DNA from: Acidobacteriota bacterium
Lineage (GTDB): Bacteria > Acidobacteriota > UBA890 > WLXD01
NCBI GenBank assembly: GCA_965205505.1
Contig: CBDBHB010000008.1
Location: 640,001 to 704,000, forward strand
Length of the DNA: 64,000 nucleotides
Direction of reading: 5' to 3'
The notes under the pieces were generated by a model, which was given only the letters and a program-made list of their open reading frames with translations, was not told the DNA's origin and searched no databases. Below, piece after piece: positions 1 through 10,635 of this stretch. The translations under genes and the position numbers were made by a program. How positions within the stretch are numbered: the first letter of the stretch is position 1; each line of letters begins with the position of its first letter.

Positions 1-209
1 CGACGGCCCTGGATCACGATCCGCTGTACCCAGCTGCGCGCTCCGCTCGGGATCACGTTCAGGTACAGGCCGTGTCCATCGCAGTACCGGCCCGGCTTCA
101 TTACCGTGCGTACGAACGCCGCCGACAGGGCCCGCTCCGGGTGCTTGCCGCTCTTGCGCCGAGGGCTGGGTTTCGGTGCAGTTGCTTGCGCATCGGCCAT
201 ATTATGCAT
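1..209 (-). CDS. P4/IntA-family tyrosine integrase, N-terminal arm-binding domain (runs off the window edge)
   Basis: Not in the ORF track. Manual translation from ATG 200 (or in-frame ATG 209): MADAQATAPKPSPRRKSGKHPERALSAAFVRTVMKPGRYCDGHGLYLNVIPSGARSWVQRIVIQGR, matching the L-x-A...KPGRYxDGxGLYLxV...SG.RSW pattern of P4-type integrases. Confidence 0.85.
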   Translation of the reverse strand, partial: MHNMADAQATAPKPSPRRKSGKHPERALSAAFVRTVMKPGRYCDGHGLYLNVIPSGARSWVQRIVIQGR

Positions 210-350
210 CCCCCTCTAATTCCACCATTAAAGGCGGGAATGTAGCGGATTGTCCGGGAACACGCAAGATGGACGAATACTCGTAACTATCTGACTCTAC
301 TGATGCTTAGGGACTAATAGGTCAACTTAGGAATGCACCGGATCTGGACG

Positions 351-2735
351 ATGGCAGAGGTGATCGGTGCCAACACAGCCGTCTTCAGCGTCGTCAACGG
401 GGTGCTGCTCTCGCCGCTCCCCTTCCACGAGCCGGAACGGCTGGTAGGTGTATGGCACACGGCGCCGGGCCTGGGCTTAGAGTTCGTCAACCAGTCGCCG
501 GCCCTCTACTTCACCTACCGGGAGCACAGCGAGCTGTTCGAGGACACCGGTATGTGGAGCAACGACTCCTCCTCGATCACCGGGATGGACGAGCCGGAAC
601 AGGTGTCGAGCATCTACGTGACCGACGGCACCTTCCCGATTCTGCGCACCACACCGCTGATCGGGCGGATGTTCAGCGCGGAAGATGATTCACCGGAGGC
701 GCCATCCACTGTCGTGCTCAGTCATCGTTACTGGCAGGAGCGCTTCGGAGGGAACCCGAGCATCTTGGGTACGAGCCTTCAGGTCGACGGCACGCAGACG
801 GAGATCATCGGCGTGACACGGACCGACCTACATTTTCTGGACTTCGACCCAGCGATCTACCTGCCGTTCCAGTTCGATCGCGGCGAGGTGTTCTTCGGCA
901 ACTTCAGCTACCAGGGCATCGCGCGGCTCAAGCCTGGCGTCACGCTCGAGCAGGTCGATGATGAGATGGCTCGGATGATCCAGATCACCATCGAGACCTT
1001 CCCGCTGCCCGGTGGGTTCTCGGCAGAGATGATCCAGCAGATCGGATTCGGCCCCGCCGTGCGACCACTCAAGCAGGACGTCGTAGGCAACGTCGGCTCC
1101 GTGCTCTGGGTGCTCCTCGGTACCGTCGGCCTCGTCTTGCTGATCGCCTGCGCTAACGTCGCCAATCTCTTCCTGGTTCGGGCCGAGGGGCGTCAGCAGG
1201 AGTTAGCGATCCGCACTGCCCTGGGGGCGAGCCGCGGCCGCCTTGCCCGGGAGCTGCTGGGAGAGAGCCTGATGCTCGGCCTGCTTGGTGGCGCGGCCGG
1301 CCTGGCGCTCGCGGCCGCGGGTATTCGTTTCCTCGTTGCCCTGCAGCCTCAGGGGCTACCACGGCTCGACGAGATCGGCATCGACCCCGCGGTGCTGGGG
1401 TTCACTCTGTTGCTGTCGGTGCTGGCCGGTCTTTTCTTCGGTACTTTCCCGATCGCCAAGATGGGCACGGCGCGATTGGTCGACGCGCTCAAAGAGGGCG
1501 GCCGTGGCGGCAGTGCCGGGCGCCAGCGCCACCGTGTGCGCAACGCGCTGGTTGTGGCGCAAGTGGCTCTGGCACTGGTGCTGCTCGTCGGTTCGGGTTT
1601 GATGATCCGCAGCTTTCGCGCCTTGCGCGACGTCGATCCGGGTTTCCGCGATCCGCAGGAAGTGCTGACGCTGCGGGTGACGATCCCCTCCGCTGAGGTG
1701 CCGGACAATGCGGAGGCAGCGCAACTGCACGAGACGCTGCTGCGTAGCATCCAGGCAATCCCGGGTGTGCGTGCTGCCGGCATGACGAGCTCGATCACCA
1801 TGGATGGATGGGACAGCAACGACCCAATCCTTCGCGAGGACAGCCCGCCGATAAACGATGAGATGCCGCCGCTGAGGCGTTTCAAGTGGATCGCACCCGG
1901 CTACTTCGAGACCATGGGAAATACGATCGTGTCGGGCCGCGACTTCACCTGGGCCGACCTGCACGACCGTATCCCCGTGGCGATCCTCACCGAGGACACG
2001 GCTCGCGAGTTCTGGACCGAGCCGTCGGCAGCGATCGGCCAGCGCATCAAGAACGCGCCTGAGAGCCCGTGGCGCGAGGTCGTTGGAGTGGTCGGAAACA
2101 TACATGACGATGGGGTCGACCAACCGACCACCAAGACCGTCTTCTGGCCGATGGTGTCGGAGGGCTTCTGGGGGGAAGGCTTGTTCGTCGCCCGTTCGAT
2201 GGCTTTCGTGGTGCGCTCGGAGCGCATCGGCACACCAGGTTTACTCGATGAGATCCGCAGCACTATCTGGGACGCCAATGCCAGCCTGCCGCTGGCTCAG
2301 GTGCGTACGCTCCAGGAGATCCTCGACCGCTCCATGGCCCGCACTTCGTTCACGCTGACGATGCTCGGGATCGCCGCCGTTGCCGCGGTGCTGCTCGGAG
2401 CCATCGGAATCTATGGCGTGACCTCCTACATAGTCTCGCAGCGAACCCGCGAGATCGGCGTGCGCATGGCGATGGGAGCCCTCCAGGCAGACATCAGCCA
2501 GCTGGTGCTTCGCCAGGCGGCAGTTCTCGCCCTGGTCGGCGTCGGACTCGGCCTGACTACCGCCTTCGGGCTCACCCGCCTGATGGCATCGCTGCTATAT
2601 GGCGTCAGCCCGGTCGACCCGATGACGTTCTCGGCAGTGGCCGTCGGCGTGACGACCGTGGCGCTGTTGGCAAGCTACCTGCCAGCGCGGCGCGCGGCGC
2701 GCGTTGAGCCTGTGGAAGCGCTGCGCTGGGACTAG
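351..2735 (+). pseudogene. MacB/FtsX-type duplicated ABC permease (ADOP-like), 5'-truncated
   Basis: IGANTAVFSVVNGVLL, LLIACANVANL, RTREIGVRMAMGA and PARRAARVEP motifs. The usual first TM segment (..LTLALG) is missing, whereas it is present in the paralog at 16808. Confidence 0.8.
352..362 (-). other. Possible att-site core resembling a tRNA 3' end (CACCTCTGCCA)
   Basis: Ends in CCA, lies ~145 bp upstream of the integrase start and at the point where permease homology begins (ATC GGT GCC AAC = IGAN). No full tRNA is present. Confidence 0.4.
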
Positions 2736-3011
2736 TGCTCCTGATCATAAGTACGGTGACGTTTGTGGCGCGCGCGACCGGGGCGAATTGTAGGAGCGGC
2801 GACGAGGGCGATGCTGGGTGTATCGTCGAGGCGCCGCGACGCCCAAGGTGGCCGGTCCCGCGGCCACCGGGAGGGCAGGAGCGATAGGCGGGCGATCTCG
2901 GCGTCAGGGCTCCTCGAGGATGGCTAAGGCATCGCCTTCCTCACCCTTCCTTGATCTCGCCCGCATCTCGCTCCTGCAAACGTCACCGTACTTATGATCA
3001 GGAGCACTAGT
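2731..3011. mobile_element. MITE with perfect 35-bp terminal inverted repeats, CTAG-bounded (IS630-like)
   Basis: 2731-2765 ACTAGTGCTCCTGATCATAAGTACGGTGACGTTTG is the exact reverse complement of 2977-3011. No transposase inside; internal hairpin GGTGGCCG/CGGCCACC at 2847-2868; the left end overlaps the permease TAG stop. Confidence 0.85.
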
Positions 3012-3116
3012 GGCCTAGGGGCCTGAATCAGGACGCTACCAGGACGCTCCCGCTTTCCGATTACAATCGTGTCGCGGCTCCTGCAGGCGGGCGCCGTTCC
3101 AGGAAAGGACGTCGCT

Positions 3117-4513
3117 ATGAGCTCAACGCGAAGAGGCTTTCTCACGTGTGCGGCAACCGTGGGAAGCGGAGCCGCTCTGGGCCGGCGCGTCGTGGCCTTC
3201 CTGACCGGACGGTCGATCGCCGCGGACGCCGCGCTGAGAGGGACAAGCACCGCCCAATCTGCCATCACCCACGGTCCGTTCGTGGGGCACCTGACATCTA
3301 CGAGCGCCACGTTGTGGGCCAAGTGCTCAGCACCGGGTGTCTACACCTCACCGCTCATGGCATCGGTGGGCGTGCGGCGCGGGTCGCAACGGCAGAGGCG
3401 ACCCCCGACAACGATATGTGCGTCGTCTGGCAGGTGACGGAACTCCAAGCGAATACCAGGTACGGCTACGAGGCTAGGTATCAAGATCAGCCAATCCTCA
3501 GCAACACAGATACTTTCTTCGTGACGCCGGCTGCCGAGAGCGCACCAACGCTCACCCGATTGGCTTTCGGATCGTGTGCGTTCGAGGACCGTGAATCGTC
3601 TGCGGTGTGGCGTCGAATGTCCGCAGTCGACCCGCACGCCGTCGTGCTGCTAGGAGATACCCCCTATATCGATTCGACGGCACTGGATGTTCAGCGAACC
3701 CGATACGCCGAATTCGCCGCGGTCCCTGACTTTGCCGACTTGCTGCGCAACAGGTCGCTCTATGCCACCTGGGACGACCACGATTTCGGCGCCAACGACA
3801 CCGACGGACGACTCGACGGCAAGGCGAACGCGCGTCGCGCCTTTGTGGAGTATCGCGCCAATCCGTCGTACGGAGACGGAGACCACGGGGTCTACACGAA
3901 GTTCCGGCGCGGTGGCGTGGAAGTGTTTCTTCTCGACACTCGGTATTTCGCGGGCACGGAGCCCTCGCCGGTTGCCGCCGACCAACCAACGCTGCTTGGC
4001 CGGCAACAGTGGGAGTGGCTGCGCCAGGAGCTCCGAGCGTCGACCGCGCCCTTCAAGCTATTGGCCTCGGGGATGATCTGGAATGGAGCCGTGCGACCTG
4101 GTAAGCCCGATCACTGGGAAAGCTATCCGCATGAGCGAGCGGCGCTGTTTCGCTTCATCGGACAGGAGAAGATTTCGGGGGTGGTGCTGGTAGGCGGCGA
4201 TATTCATCGGACCCGCGTCCTACGGCACGAGACGACCGAGACAGCCGGATACCCACTCGTGGAGCTGATCACGTCGCCCATTCATGCAAGCATTATCGAC
4301 GCTGCGAACGCCCCTCACCCCGCTTTGGTTCACGACTCGGGTGAGCCGCATTCGTTTCTCCTCATCACCGTGGATACAACCGTGGCGCCGGCGATCCTCG
4401 TCGCCCAGTTTCAGAACGCGGCGGGACGTGAGCTGTATTCGCTCACCCTGAGTACCGAGAACCTATCGGCGGCACGAAAGACGGTCGAGGGAAGCATCCG
4501 AAGATCCGAATAA
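3117..4513 (+). CDS. phoD: PhoD-family alkaline phosphatase/phosphodiesterase, Tat-exported (frameshift ~3343)
   Basis: Tat signal MSSTRRGFL and ITHGPFVG in one frame; AFGSC, LLGDTPY, WDDHDF, LLDTR and GGDIH in the next frame. Confidence 0.8.
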
Positions 4514-4529
4514 GCGAACGGAGTGCCAC

Positions 4530-5494
4530 ATGCACCGAACGTCACTGACTCGAGCGGCCATGCTCGGCGGCTGCCTACTGCTCGTGCTCGTCGTTGGTCT
4601 ACACGTACAGCCGGTGGCAGCACAGAGCATGAGCTCCAAGATCGCTTTGGTGTCGAACCGGGATGGCAACGCTGAGATCTACGTCATGGACGCGGACGGC
4701 TCCAACGTGACGCGGCTGACCAACAACCTGGGTTTTGACGGCGCCCCGACATGGTCACCCGACGGTACGCGGATCGCCTTCGCATCGTCGCGCCACGAAA
4801 ACAGAGACATCTACATCATGAACGCGGACGGCTCCGACGTAACGCGGCTGACAACCGACCCGGCCAATGACGGCGGGCCCTCCTGGTCGCCCGACGGCTC
4901 GATGATCGCCTTCGATTCCAACCGCAGCGGCAGCTCGCAAGTGTGGCGAACGAACGTCGACGAGGGAAGCTGGGGATACAACCCGACGCAGCTGACCAAT
5001 GACCATCCTCTCGGAAGAGTGAACAACTTCCTGGCATGGTCGCCGGACGGCCTTTGGATCGCCTTCGAAGCGGATCGGGACCGGGACGACCCAGAGATCT
5101 ACCTCGCAAACGCCGTCGACGGCACCAACCAACAGCGGTTGACGTTCACCCGTGCCCTCGACGAAGTGCCCAACTGGACCCCCGACAGCAAGCAGATCGT
5201 CTCTCGACGGACCGCGACGGCGAGCCCCAGAACGGCAACTACGAGATCTACATAATGAACGTCGACGGCTCCAACAAGCGCCGGCTGACCGACGTCCCAG
5301 GGGCCGACTCGTACCCCTCGGTGTCGGCCGACGGCACACGGATTGCGTTCGATTCCTCGCGGGCTGGTGGCCGCGACATCTATGTCATGAACATCGATGG
5401 AACGAACCAAGCTCGGCTGACGACCTCGGGTCGCGCAGGCACCGATAATCAGGCGGGAGTGTCCAACAGCAACCCCGCCTGGTCGCCGTTTTAG
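4530..5494 (+). CDS. TolB-like PD40 beta-propeller secreted protein (frameshift ~5202)
   Basis: Signal peptide; repeated EIYVMxADGS..RLT...PxWSPDG..IAF units that continue in ORF 5036..5494. Confidence 0.8.
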
Positions 5495-5526
5495 TGTCCT
5501 GACTAGCGTCCGTGGCGGCCTGCTAG
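5492..5526. repeat. Cluster of CTAG-anchored short repeat units between convergent stop codons
   Basis: TAGTGTCCTGA, CTAGCGTCC and CGGCCTGCTAG (reverse complement CTAGCAGGCCG) match units at 13614, 25929, 25950 and 40495. Confidence 0.55.
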
Positions 5527-6956
5527 CGGATCAAATACCATTCGGTCTGCCGGCCAGCCGGGTAGACCAACCCGTCGGGGGTGAAAGCGGTCACCGTTTC
5601 CGAGTGGAGGCGGACGACCAGACCCTCCCACTCCGGGACGGGATACTCGATGTCGATCTCCAGCGCGTAGACCGTGTTGTACTCCAGCGGATGGTCGGCG
5701 CTGGTAAGGCGATAGTGGAACGGTGGGCCACGCAGGTCGTAGCGTGGACCCCTGTCGCGATCATCGCCCGGATCGTCCGACGGCTCGTCGGTGATGGCGG
5801 TGCCCGCGAAGTAGTGGTCGCGAGTAAAGAAGCCGCCGTTGAGCTGGTAACGCATGAACCAATAGCTGATCGGGTGCGCGTAGATTCGTGGCCGGATACC
5901 TTCTTGCCTGGCGCGCGCCGACGCCGCCATGCCGATTTCGCGGCCCGTGCGCCCGTGCTGCATCTCTTCGCCGATGATGTCTTGCAACCGGTTGAGGTGA
6001 CGCATCGCCTCTTTCAGGCCTGCGGGCGCGGCGGTCTCGCCCGGCATCAGCACGTAGGCGGCCTGTTGGGTGTCGGTGTTGATGCCGAGGTAGCGGATGC
6101 CCGTGTCGTTGAACAGCAGATCGCCTCGCCGGATGACGATGTCCATGCCGTTGCGCGGGCTGGTGTCGATGCGGAAGTACTCGTCGGGATCGCCATACCT
6201 AGCACGCTCGGCGCGGCTGCGCTGCACGGTGACCGTCGGGTGGTCGTCGGTGTCGATGCCGAGGTCGATGTAGCGCTGCCGGATCCACCAGTTCAGATCG
6301 TTGGTCGTGGTGACGTCAGGCACGATGACCCGGTTCGAGTAGCCCTCGCCGATCACGTCGTGGGCAATTCCGATGACATGGCGGAAGATACTGATCTCCT
6401 GTGGCGTACGGGCCTCCAGCCACCAGATCGCCAGATCGGAGTCGGAGGTCAGGCGATCCGCATACGGGGCGCCGATGCGTCGCACCAGCTCGGCCCGATG
6501 ATCGGCGCCGAAGCCGTCGTTGATGACGATCCTGTCGGGATCCCGCGCCTGGACCATGCCGGCCAGATCGTCGAAGCGGGCGCCGGTGCGCTCGACACCG
6601 GCCTCCGCGCCGCGATCGTGCAGGACGATGAACGGTGTCCATTCGGCGACGTGACCATCGTCGTCGCTGGGCAGCAACGATAGGTAGATCGGCCCCTCAT
6701 TGTTGCGCACGATCCACATGTCCGCCCCCGCCCGCCGCATGACCGCAGGCAGCACCGTCGCGACCTTTCTCTTCAACAGGCGGTCCATGAGCTCGGCCTG
6801 CTCGCGCGTCCCGTAGACGGCCTCGACGTCGCGGATCGAGCTGATCCCGTGAGCCCGCTCCTGGCCGGCGACCGGACTGCCGCCAGCCGCAGCGGCCATG
6901 ACTAACAACAAGGTTGCAAGCAACAAGGATTTCCGCACGGCAGCACTCCTGTTCAT
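5523..6956 (-). CDS. Secreted M24-family (Xaa-Pro aminopeptidase-like) metallopeptidase
   Basis: Signal peptide; pita-bread-fold ligands D(FNDTG), D(NTDTQ), H(YAHP), E(ALE), E(HSET). Confidence 0.7.
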   Translation of the reverse strand: MNRSAAVRKSLLLATLLLVMAAAAGGSPVAGQERAHGISSIRDVEAVYGTREQAELMDRLLKRKVATVLPAVMRRAGADMWIVRNNEGPIYLSLLPSDDDGHVAEWTPFIVLHDRGAEAGVERTGARFDDLAGMVQARDPDRIVINDGFGADHRAELVRRIGAPYADRLTSDSDLAIWWLEARTPQEISIFRHVIGIAHDVIGEGYSNRVIVPDVTTTNDLNWWIRQRYIDLGIDTDDHPTVTVQRSRAERARYGDPDEYFRIDTSPRNGMDIVIRRGDLLFNDTGIRYLGINTDTQQAAYVLMPGETAAPAGLKEAMRHLNRLQDIIGEEMQHGRTGREIGMAASARARQEGIRPRIYAHPISYWFMRYQLNGGFFTRDHYFAGTAITDEPSDDPGDDRDRGPRYDLRGPPFHYRLTSADHPLEYNTVYALEIDIEYPVPEWEGLVVRLHSETVTAFTPDGLVYPAGRQTEWYLIR

Positions 6957-6963
6957 ATGCGTG

Positions 6964-7950
6964 CTAGCGAGCGCTCGGAGTTAGCCGCAGCCCGTTGACG
7001 CGGCCGTCCAGATCCCACGCAGGATCGATCTCGATTCCCAGATGCGCCAGCGCAGTTACTGAAACATCGACGATGTGGGGCGTCGCGGTCAACGTGCTCG
7101 GATCGGCGGAGGGGCCGCTGACCAGGTAGTAGATGGTGAGCTCCTTCTCCGAGTTCTCGCCGTGGCCGCCGTCGTCGCGGCGCCCATGGTCGGTGCTCGA
7201 GAGAATCAGCCAGTCCTCCTGATCATAGGTCGGCCGCGCCCGCACGGCGGCTAACAGCTCACCCAGCTGACTATCGGCGCGCTCGATGGCGGCTCGGTAC
7301 TCCGGTGCCAGGGAACTCGTCTCGTGCGCCACCTCGTCGGTGTTGCCCAACGAAACGAAAGTGGCGTCGGGGTCGGCGGTGCGCAGGTAGTGGGCGGCAA
7401 TCGCCACCGCTTCGGTGTCGGCATCGAAATAACCCATCGTGCCGCCATCGATGTTTACCATCACGTCCACGTTGCGGCTAATCATCGGGCCGCCGTCGGC
7501 CGTTGTTCCCATGACCGGCCAGTTGATCACGGTGTAGGTGTTGATCTCCGGGCGCACCTGCTCGATGCGAGTCAGGAAGTCGGGGTACTCGGTGTAGTGG
7601 TTGCCGGTGAACACGTTGCTCTCGACTCCGTGTTTGTCCATCCACACGCCGGTCACCATGCTCGACCAACCGGGGCCACTGACGGTGATCGGGCGGGTGC
7701 GGGCGCTGGCCGAGAAGGCACCCGCGGCGACCAGCGCATCGAAGTTGGGAGTATCTGCTTGCTCGAGAATGTCGACTCGAATCCCGTCGAAACCGATCAG
7801 CAGCACCTTCTTGCGTACTTGCGCGGCCGACCGGGGCGCGGGAACATCGACGGCACCGCTGCCGGTGGCGTGTTGCGAGGGGGAGGATTGCTCGGTCGCC
7901 AGCGTGCCGACGACGAGCAGGAGCGGCGCAACAACGGCGCGAGCAAGCAT
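6964..7950 (-). CDS. Alkaline phosphatase superfamily, nucleotide pyrophosphatase/phosphodiesterase-like, secreted
   Basis: LLIGFDGIR, TVSGPGWSSMVTG, DEVAH and STDHG motifs; signal peptide. Confidence 0.8.
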   Translation of the reverse strand: MLARAVVAPLLLVVGTLATEQSSPSQHATGSGAVDVPAPRSAAQVRKKVLLIGFDGIRVDILEQADTPNFDALVAAGAFSASARTRPITVSGPGWSSMVTGVWMDKHGVESNVFTGNHYTEYPDFLTRIEQVRPEINTYTVINWPVMGTTADGGPMISRNVDVMVNIDGGTMGYFDADTEAVAIAAHYLRTADPDATFVSLGNTDEVAHETSSLAPEYRAAIERADSQLGELLAAVRARPTYDQEDWLILSSTDHGRRDDGGHGENSEKELTIYYLVSGPSADPSTLTATPHIVDVSVTALAHLGIEIDPAWDLDGRVNGLRLTPSAR

Positions 7951-8055
7951 CGGACACTCCCGGGTTATGCGGTCTCAGACGCCCATCCTATCGGATGTGC
8001 GGCGCGACATGATGGCGCGAATCGCACCCGTCGACCCAGGCAGCAACATGGCCGT

Positions 8056-9756
8056 CTACCAGAGCTTGTCCACCTCGTCGGTGAGACCGGTCATCTCCCA
8101 GTGGATCAGAGCGAACGGGATCTCCCCCACGGCTAACATCTCGTCGAGGAACTCACCGAAGTCGAACTCGTCGCCAAGTTGCCTGGCACGCGCGGTGAGG
8201 AGCTTCTCGAACTGGGTCGCGCCGAGCGTGTAGGCAAGCTCGTATCCCGGCGCGCGAACGGCGTCCCGCTTGTGGTCCCACATGGTGAAGCTGTCAGGGA
8301 TGGCCCACTGGGACGGGCTCATTTCGGCGTCGTACTTCGTCCAGCCAGCGTAGTCGTGCTCGTTCGCCTGGAACTTCAGATCGCCCATTCCTCGCGCGTC
8401 GCGATAGGCAGCGGTGATATAGACCAGCTCCCTCACTCTGGGCCGCTCCTCGGCGATCCCGCCGTTCATCAGGATCTCCGCGAGGCCGGCCGCGTACCCC
8501 TCCCGGCGAGTGTGGGTCATCTCGTGGAGGCGTCGGGCAACCCGGATCGGAGACAGATGATCCTTGGGCCGGAGGACGTCGAGCTGATGGCCCATGTTCT
8601 CGTGCACGACCTCGTCCAGCGGGAAGAGGAATCTGACCCGCTCGGCGAGATCCATCGGATCGCTCTCCGTTCCAAAGGCCTTTCGCGATGGCGGCGACAT
8701 GTCCAGCCCTGCGAGCTCGGCGGCCAAGCCCAGGTACCCGCCCCAGCGGAAGAACTCCACCAGATCGTTGCCGGCCTCGGTATACCCGCCGAGGTACTCG
8801 GCCTCGGTCGCAGCCGGCTCGAGCGGGACCAGGTCACGGTTGCGATAGCGCTCCAGTTCGAGGGCCGACATCGACCGGTCGTACCTGCTGCTCAGAATGG
8901 CCCAGGCTTCGTCCGACGTGTACGGCACCAACCAGACGTTCTTCAGCCACCAGTCGAAGTTCTCGCTACCGACCCCCGTTGGGGCGGTCATGCGGTCGAG
9001 GTTGGCCGCTATCCAGGCACGGTAATCTTGCACCGCCACCCACGCGGCCTGCGCGTCGGGTACCGCCTCCGGGTGGTGTTCCTTCATGAGCTCCACCAGG
9101 TCCTGTAGCAGCACCCCCTCCTCGTCCATGGAGCGGATGCCGAGTACCGCCATATCGTGCTTGGCCTCCTCGAGCACGATGTTGGCCTTGCCCTGCGCGA
9201 GGATCCTGGGCAGCGCTCGGAGTCGCACCCGGTAGGCTTCGAGCTCGTCCTCGGACAGCGGCATCAAGGGCCGCGCCGAGAACCCGTAGCGAGCGATAGA
9301 GCCCGCCTCTTCGCCGACCTCCTCGCCGGACGGCTGCCTGCTCGAGAAGCCATAGAACGGCATGCCGGTGGAGGTGGGAGAACCCCAGTAGAAATCGGGG
9401 CTAGTGGACCAAGGCTTCATCACCCGGTGGTAGAACTCCAGACCGTTCATCTCGGCGCGCACCAGGTGGTAGTCGATCTGCTGCGAGACCGGCCAGGCGC
9501 CGATATCGAACGAAGCCAGCCGTCGCTGGTACTCGCGGAGCTCGCGGTACTGGCGCTCCATTGCCTGGACCGAGTAGTCGGGTACTCCGTCGGTCAGCGT
9601 CGGCTCGTGGAATCCGCGGAACTCCTCGAACAACGCGGTCAGGTCCCGATAGTTGCCAGCCTGAGCGTGGCCCTCGGCCGCCTCAGATCCCCCGCTCGCA
9701 AGGGCGAGCAGGCTCACGGCGACTAACAAGGACAACGTACCGCATCTTCTGCGCAT
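8056..9756 (-). CDS. DUF885-like secreted protein (putative zinc peptidase), paralog 1
   Basis: Signal peptide; HENMGH...REGYA, PGYELAYTLG and GEIPFALIHWE. ATG 9756 follows an AGGAG RBS. Confidence 0.65.
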   Translation of the reverse strand: MRRRCGTLSLLVAVSLLALASGGSEAAEGHAQAGNYRDLTALFEEFRGFHEPTLTDGVPDYSVQAMERQYRELREYQRRLASFDIGAWPVSQQIDYHLVRAEMNGLEFYHRVMKPWSTSPDFYWGSPTSTGMPFYGFSSRQPSGEEVGEEAGSIARYGFSARPLMPLSEDELEAYRVRLRALPRILAQGKANIVLEEAKHDMAVLGIRSMDEEGVLLQDLVELMKEHHPEAVPDAQAAWVAVQDYRAWIAANLDRMTAPTGVGSENFDWWLKNVWLVPYTSDEAWAILSSRYDRSMSALELERYRNRDLVPLEPAATEAEYLGGYTEAGNDLVEFFRWGGYLGLAAELAGLDMSPPSRKAFGTESDPMDLAERVRFLFPLDEVVHENMGHQLDVLRPKDHLSPIRVARRLHEMTHTRREGYAAGLAEILMNGGIAEERPRVRELVYITAAYRDARGMGDLKFQANEHDYAGWTKYDAEMSPSQWAIPDSFTMWDHKRDAVRAPGYELAYTLGATQFEKLLTARARQLGDEFDFGEFLDEMLAVGEIPFALIHWEMTGLTDEVDKLW

Positions 9757-9789
9757 GACGGTCTCCTGCGATCGGTTGAGCTGGCGCGG

Positions 9790-9818
9790 ATCATACGCAG
9801 TCGCCGGCACGATCTCAC
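9790..9818 (-). promoter_or_regulatory. Sigma70-like promoter GTGAGA-N17-TATGAT for DUF885 paralog 1
   Basis: Exact 17-nt spacer; conserved upstream of both paralogs. Confidence 0.55.
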
Positions 9819-9934
9819 GCCCAAGCGGATCTTTCCCGCTGTCGCGCTGAGCGCGGCGGCCAGCACATTGTGCGCCGGCTTGCCGTGCTCTACGGTGAGC
9901 TGTCTGCCCTCGTCATCGTCGCGGAGCCCCGAGC

Positions 9935-10537
9935 ATGACCTTCCAATTTGTCGTTGCGATCGGCGCCCTGCTGGCGTTTTCCCTGCCGGGCGCACCGTCG
10001 AGCTTGCTGCCACAAGCGGAGCAACTGCGAGTTCGTATCGAGACCGACCTGGGTGCTTTCGAGGTGGAGCTCGAGGCGTCCCGTGCGCCGGGGACTGTCG
10101 CCAACTTCCTACGCTACGTCGACGCTGGCCTATACCGCGGCGGACGCTTTCACCGCACTGTGACGCTCGACAACCAGGTCCGCGACGATGTCCTGATCGA
10201 GGTGATCCAGGCGGGCCCGAACTCGGATGACGGGGAAGGATTCGACCCTATTGCGTTGGAACGCACCCGGGATACCGGCCTGCGCCACCTCGACGGAACC
10301 ATCTCCATGGCGCGTGGTGGCCCCGAGAGCGCTACCGGCGACTTCTTCATTTGCATCGGTGAGCAACCGTCGCTGGATTTCGGCGGGATCCGCAACAACG
10401 ATGGCCAGGGTTTCGCGGCTTTCGGGCAGGTGGTTTCGGGAATGGACGTGGTGCGCCGTATCCATCAATCGCCCGCCGACGAGGCCGAGAGCCTGCAGCC
10501 GCCGATCACCATCGAACGGATCAGCCGGGTCGACTGA
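9935..10537 (+). CDS. Cyclophilin-type peptidyl-prolyl cis-trans isomerase, exported
   Basis: APGTVANFLRYV, FHR, IQAG, GTISMAR, DFFI and AAFGQVVSGMDVV; signal peptide. Confidence 0.9.
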   Translation: MTFQFVVAIGALLAFSLPGAPSSLLPQAEQLRVRIETDLGAFEVELEASRAPGTVANFLRYVDAGLYRGGRFHRTVTLDNQVRDDVLIEVIQAGPNSDDGEGFDPIALERTRDTGLRHLDGTISMARGGPESATGDFFICIGEQPSLDFGGIRNNDGQGFAAFGQVVSGMDVVRRIHQSPADEAESLQPPITIERISRVD

Positions 10538-10635
10538 GCAGGCACTTTCGCACCCAGCTAGCGCAGCCGGCTCCAACAACGTCGCTTCGGGCGCAGCAGG
10601 CCGGTAACCCAACGAGCTACTGGGGCCGTATCTGG

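Noticed and set aside
340-440. tRNA gene beside the integrase
   Set aside because: Only a short CCA-ending core is present; there is no T-loop or cloverleaf, and the sequence continues as permease codons.
4660-5430. DNA repeats such as ATCTACGTCATG..GACGGCTCC as a CRISPR or tandem array
   Set aside because: They are in-frame PD40 protein repeats.
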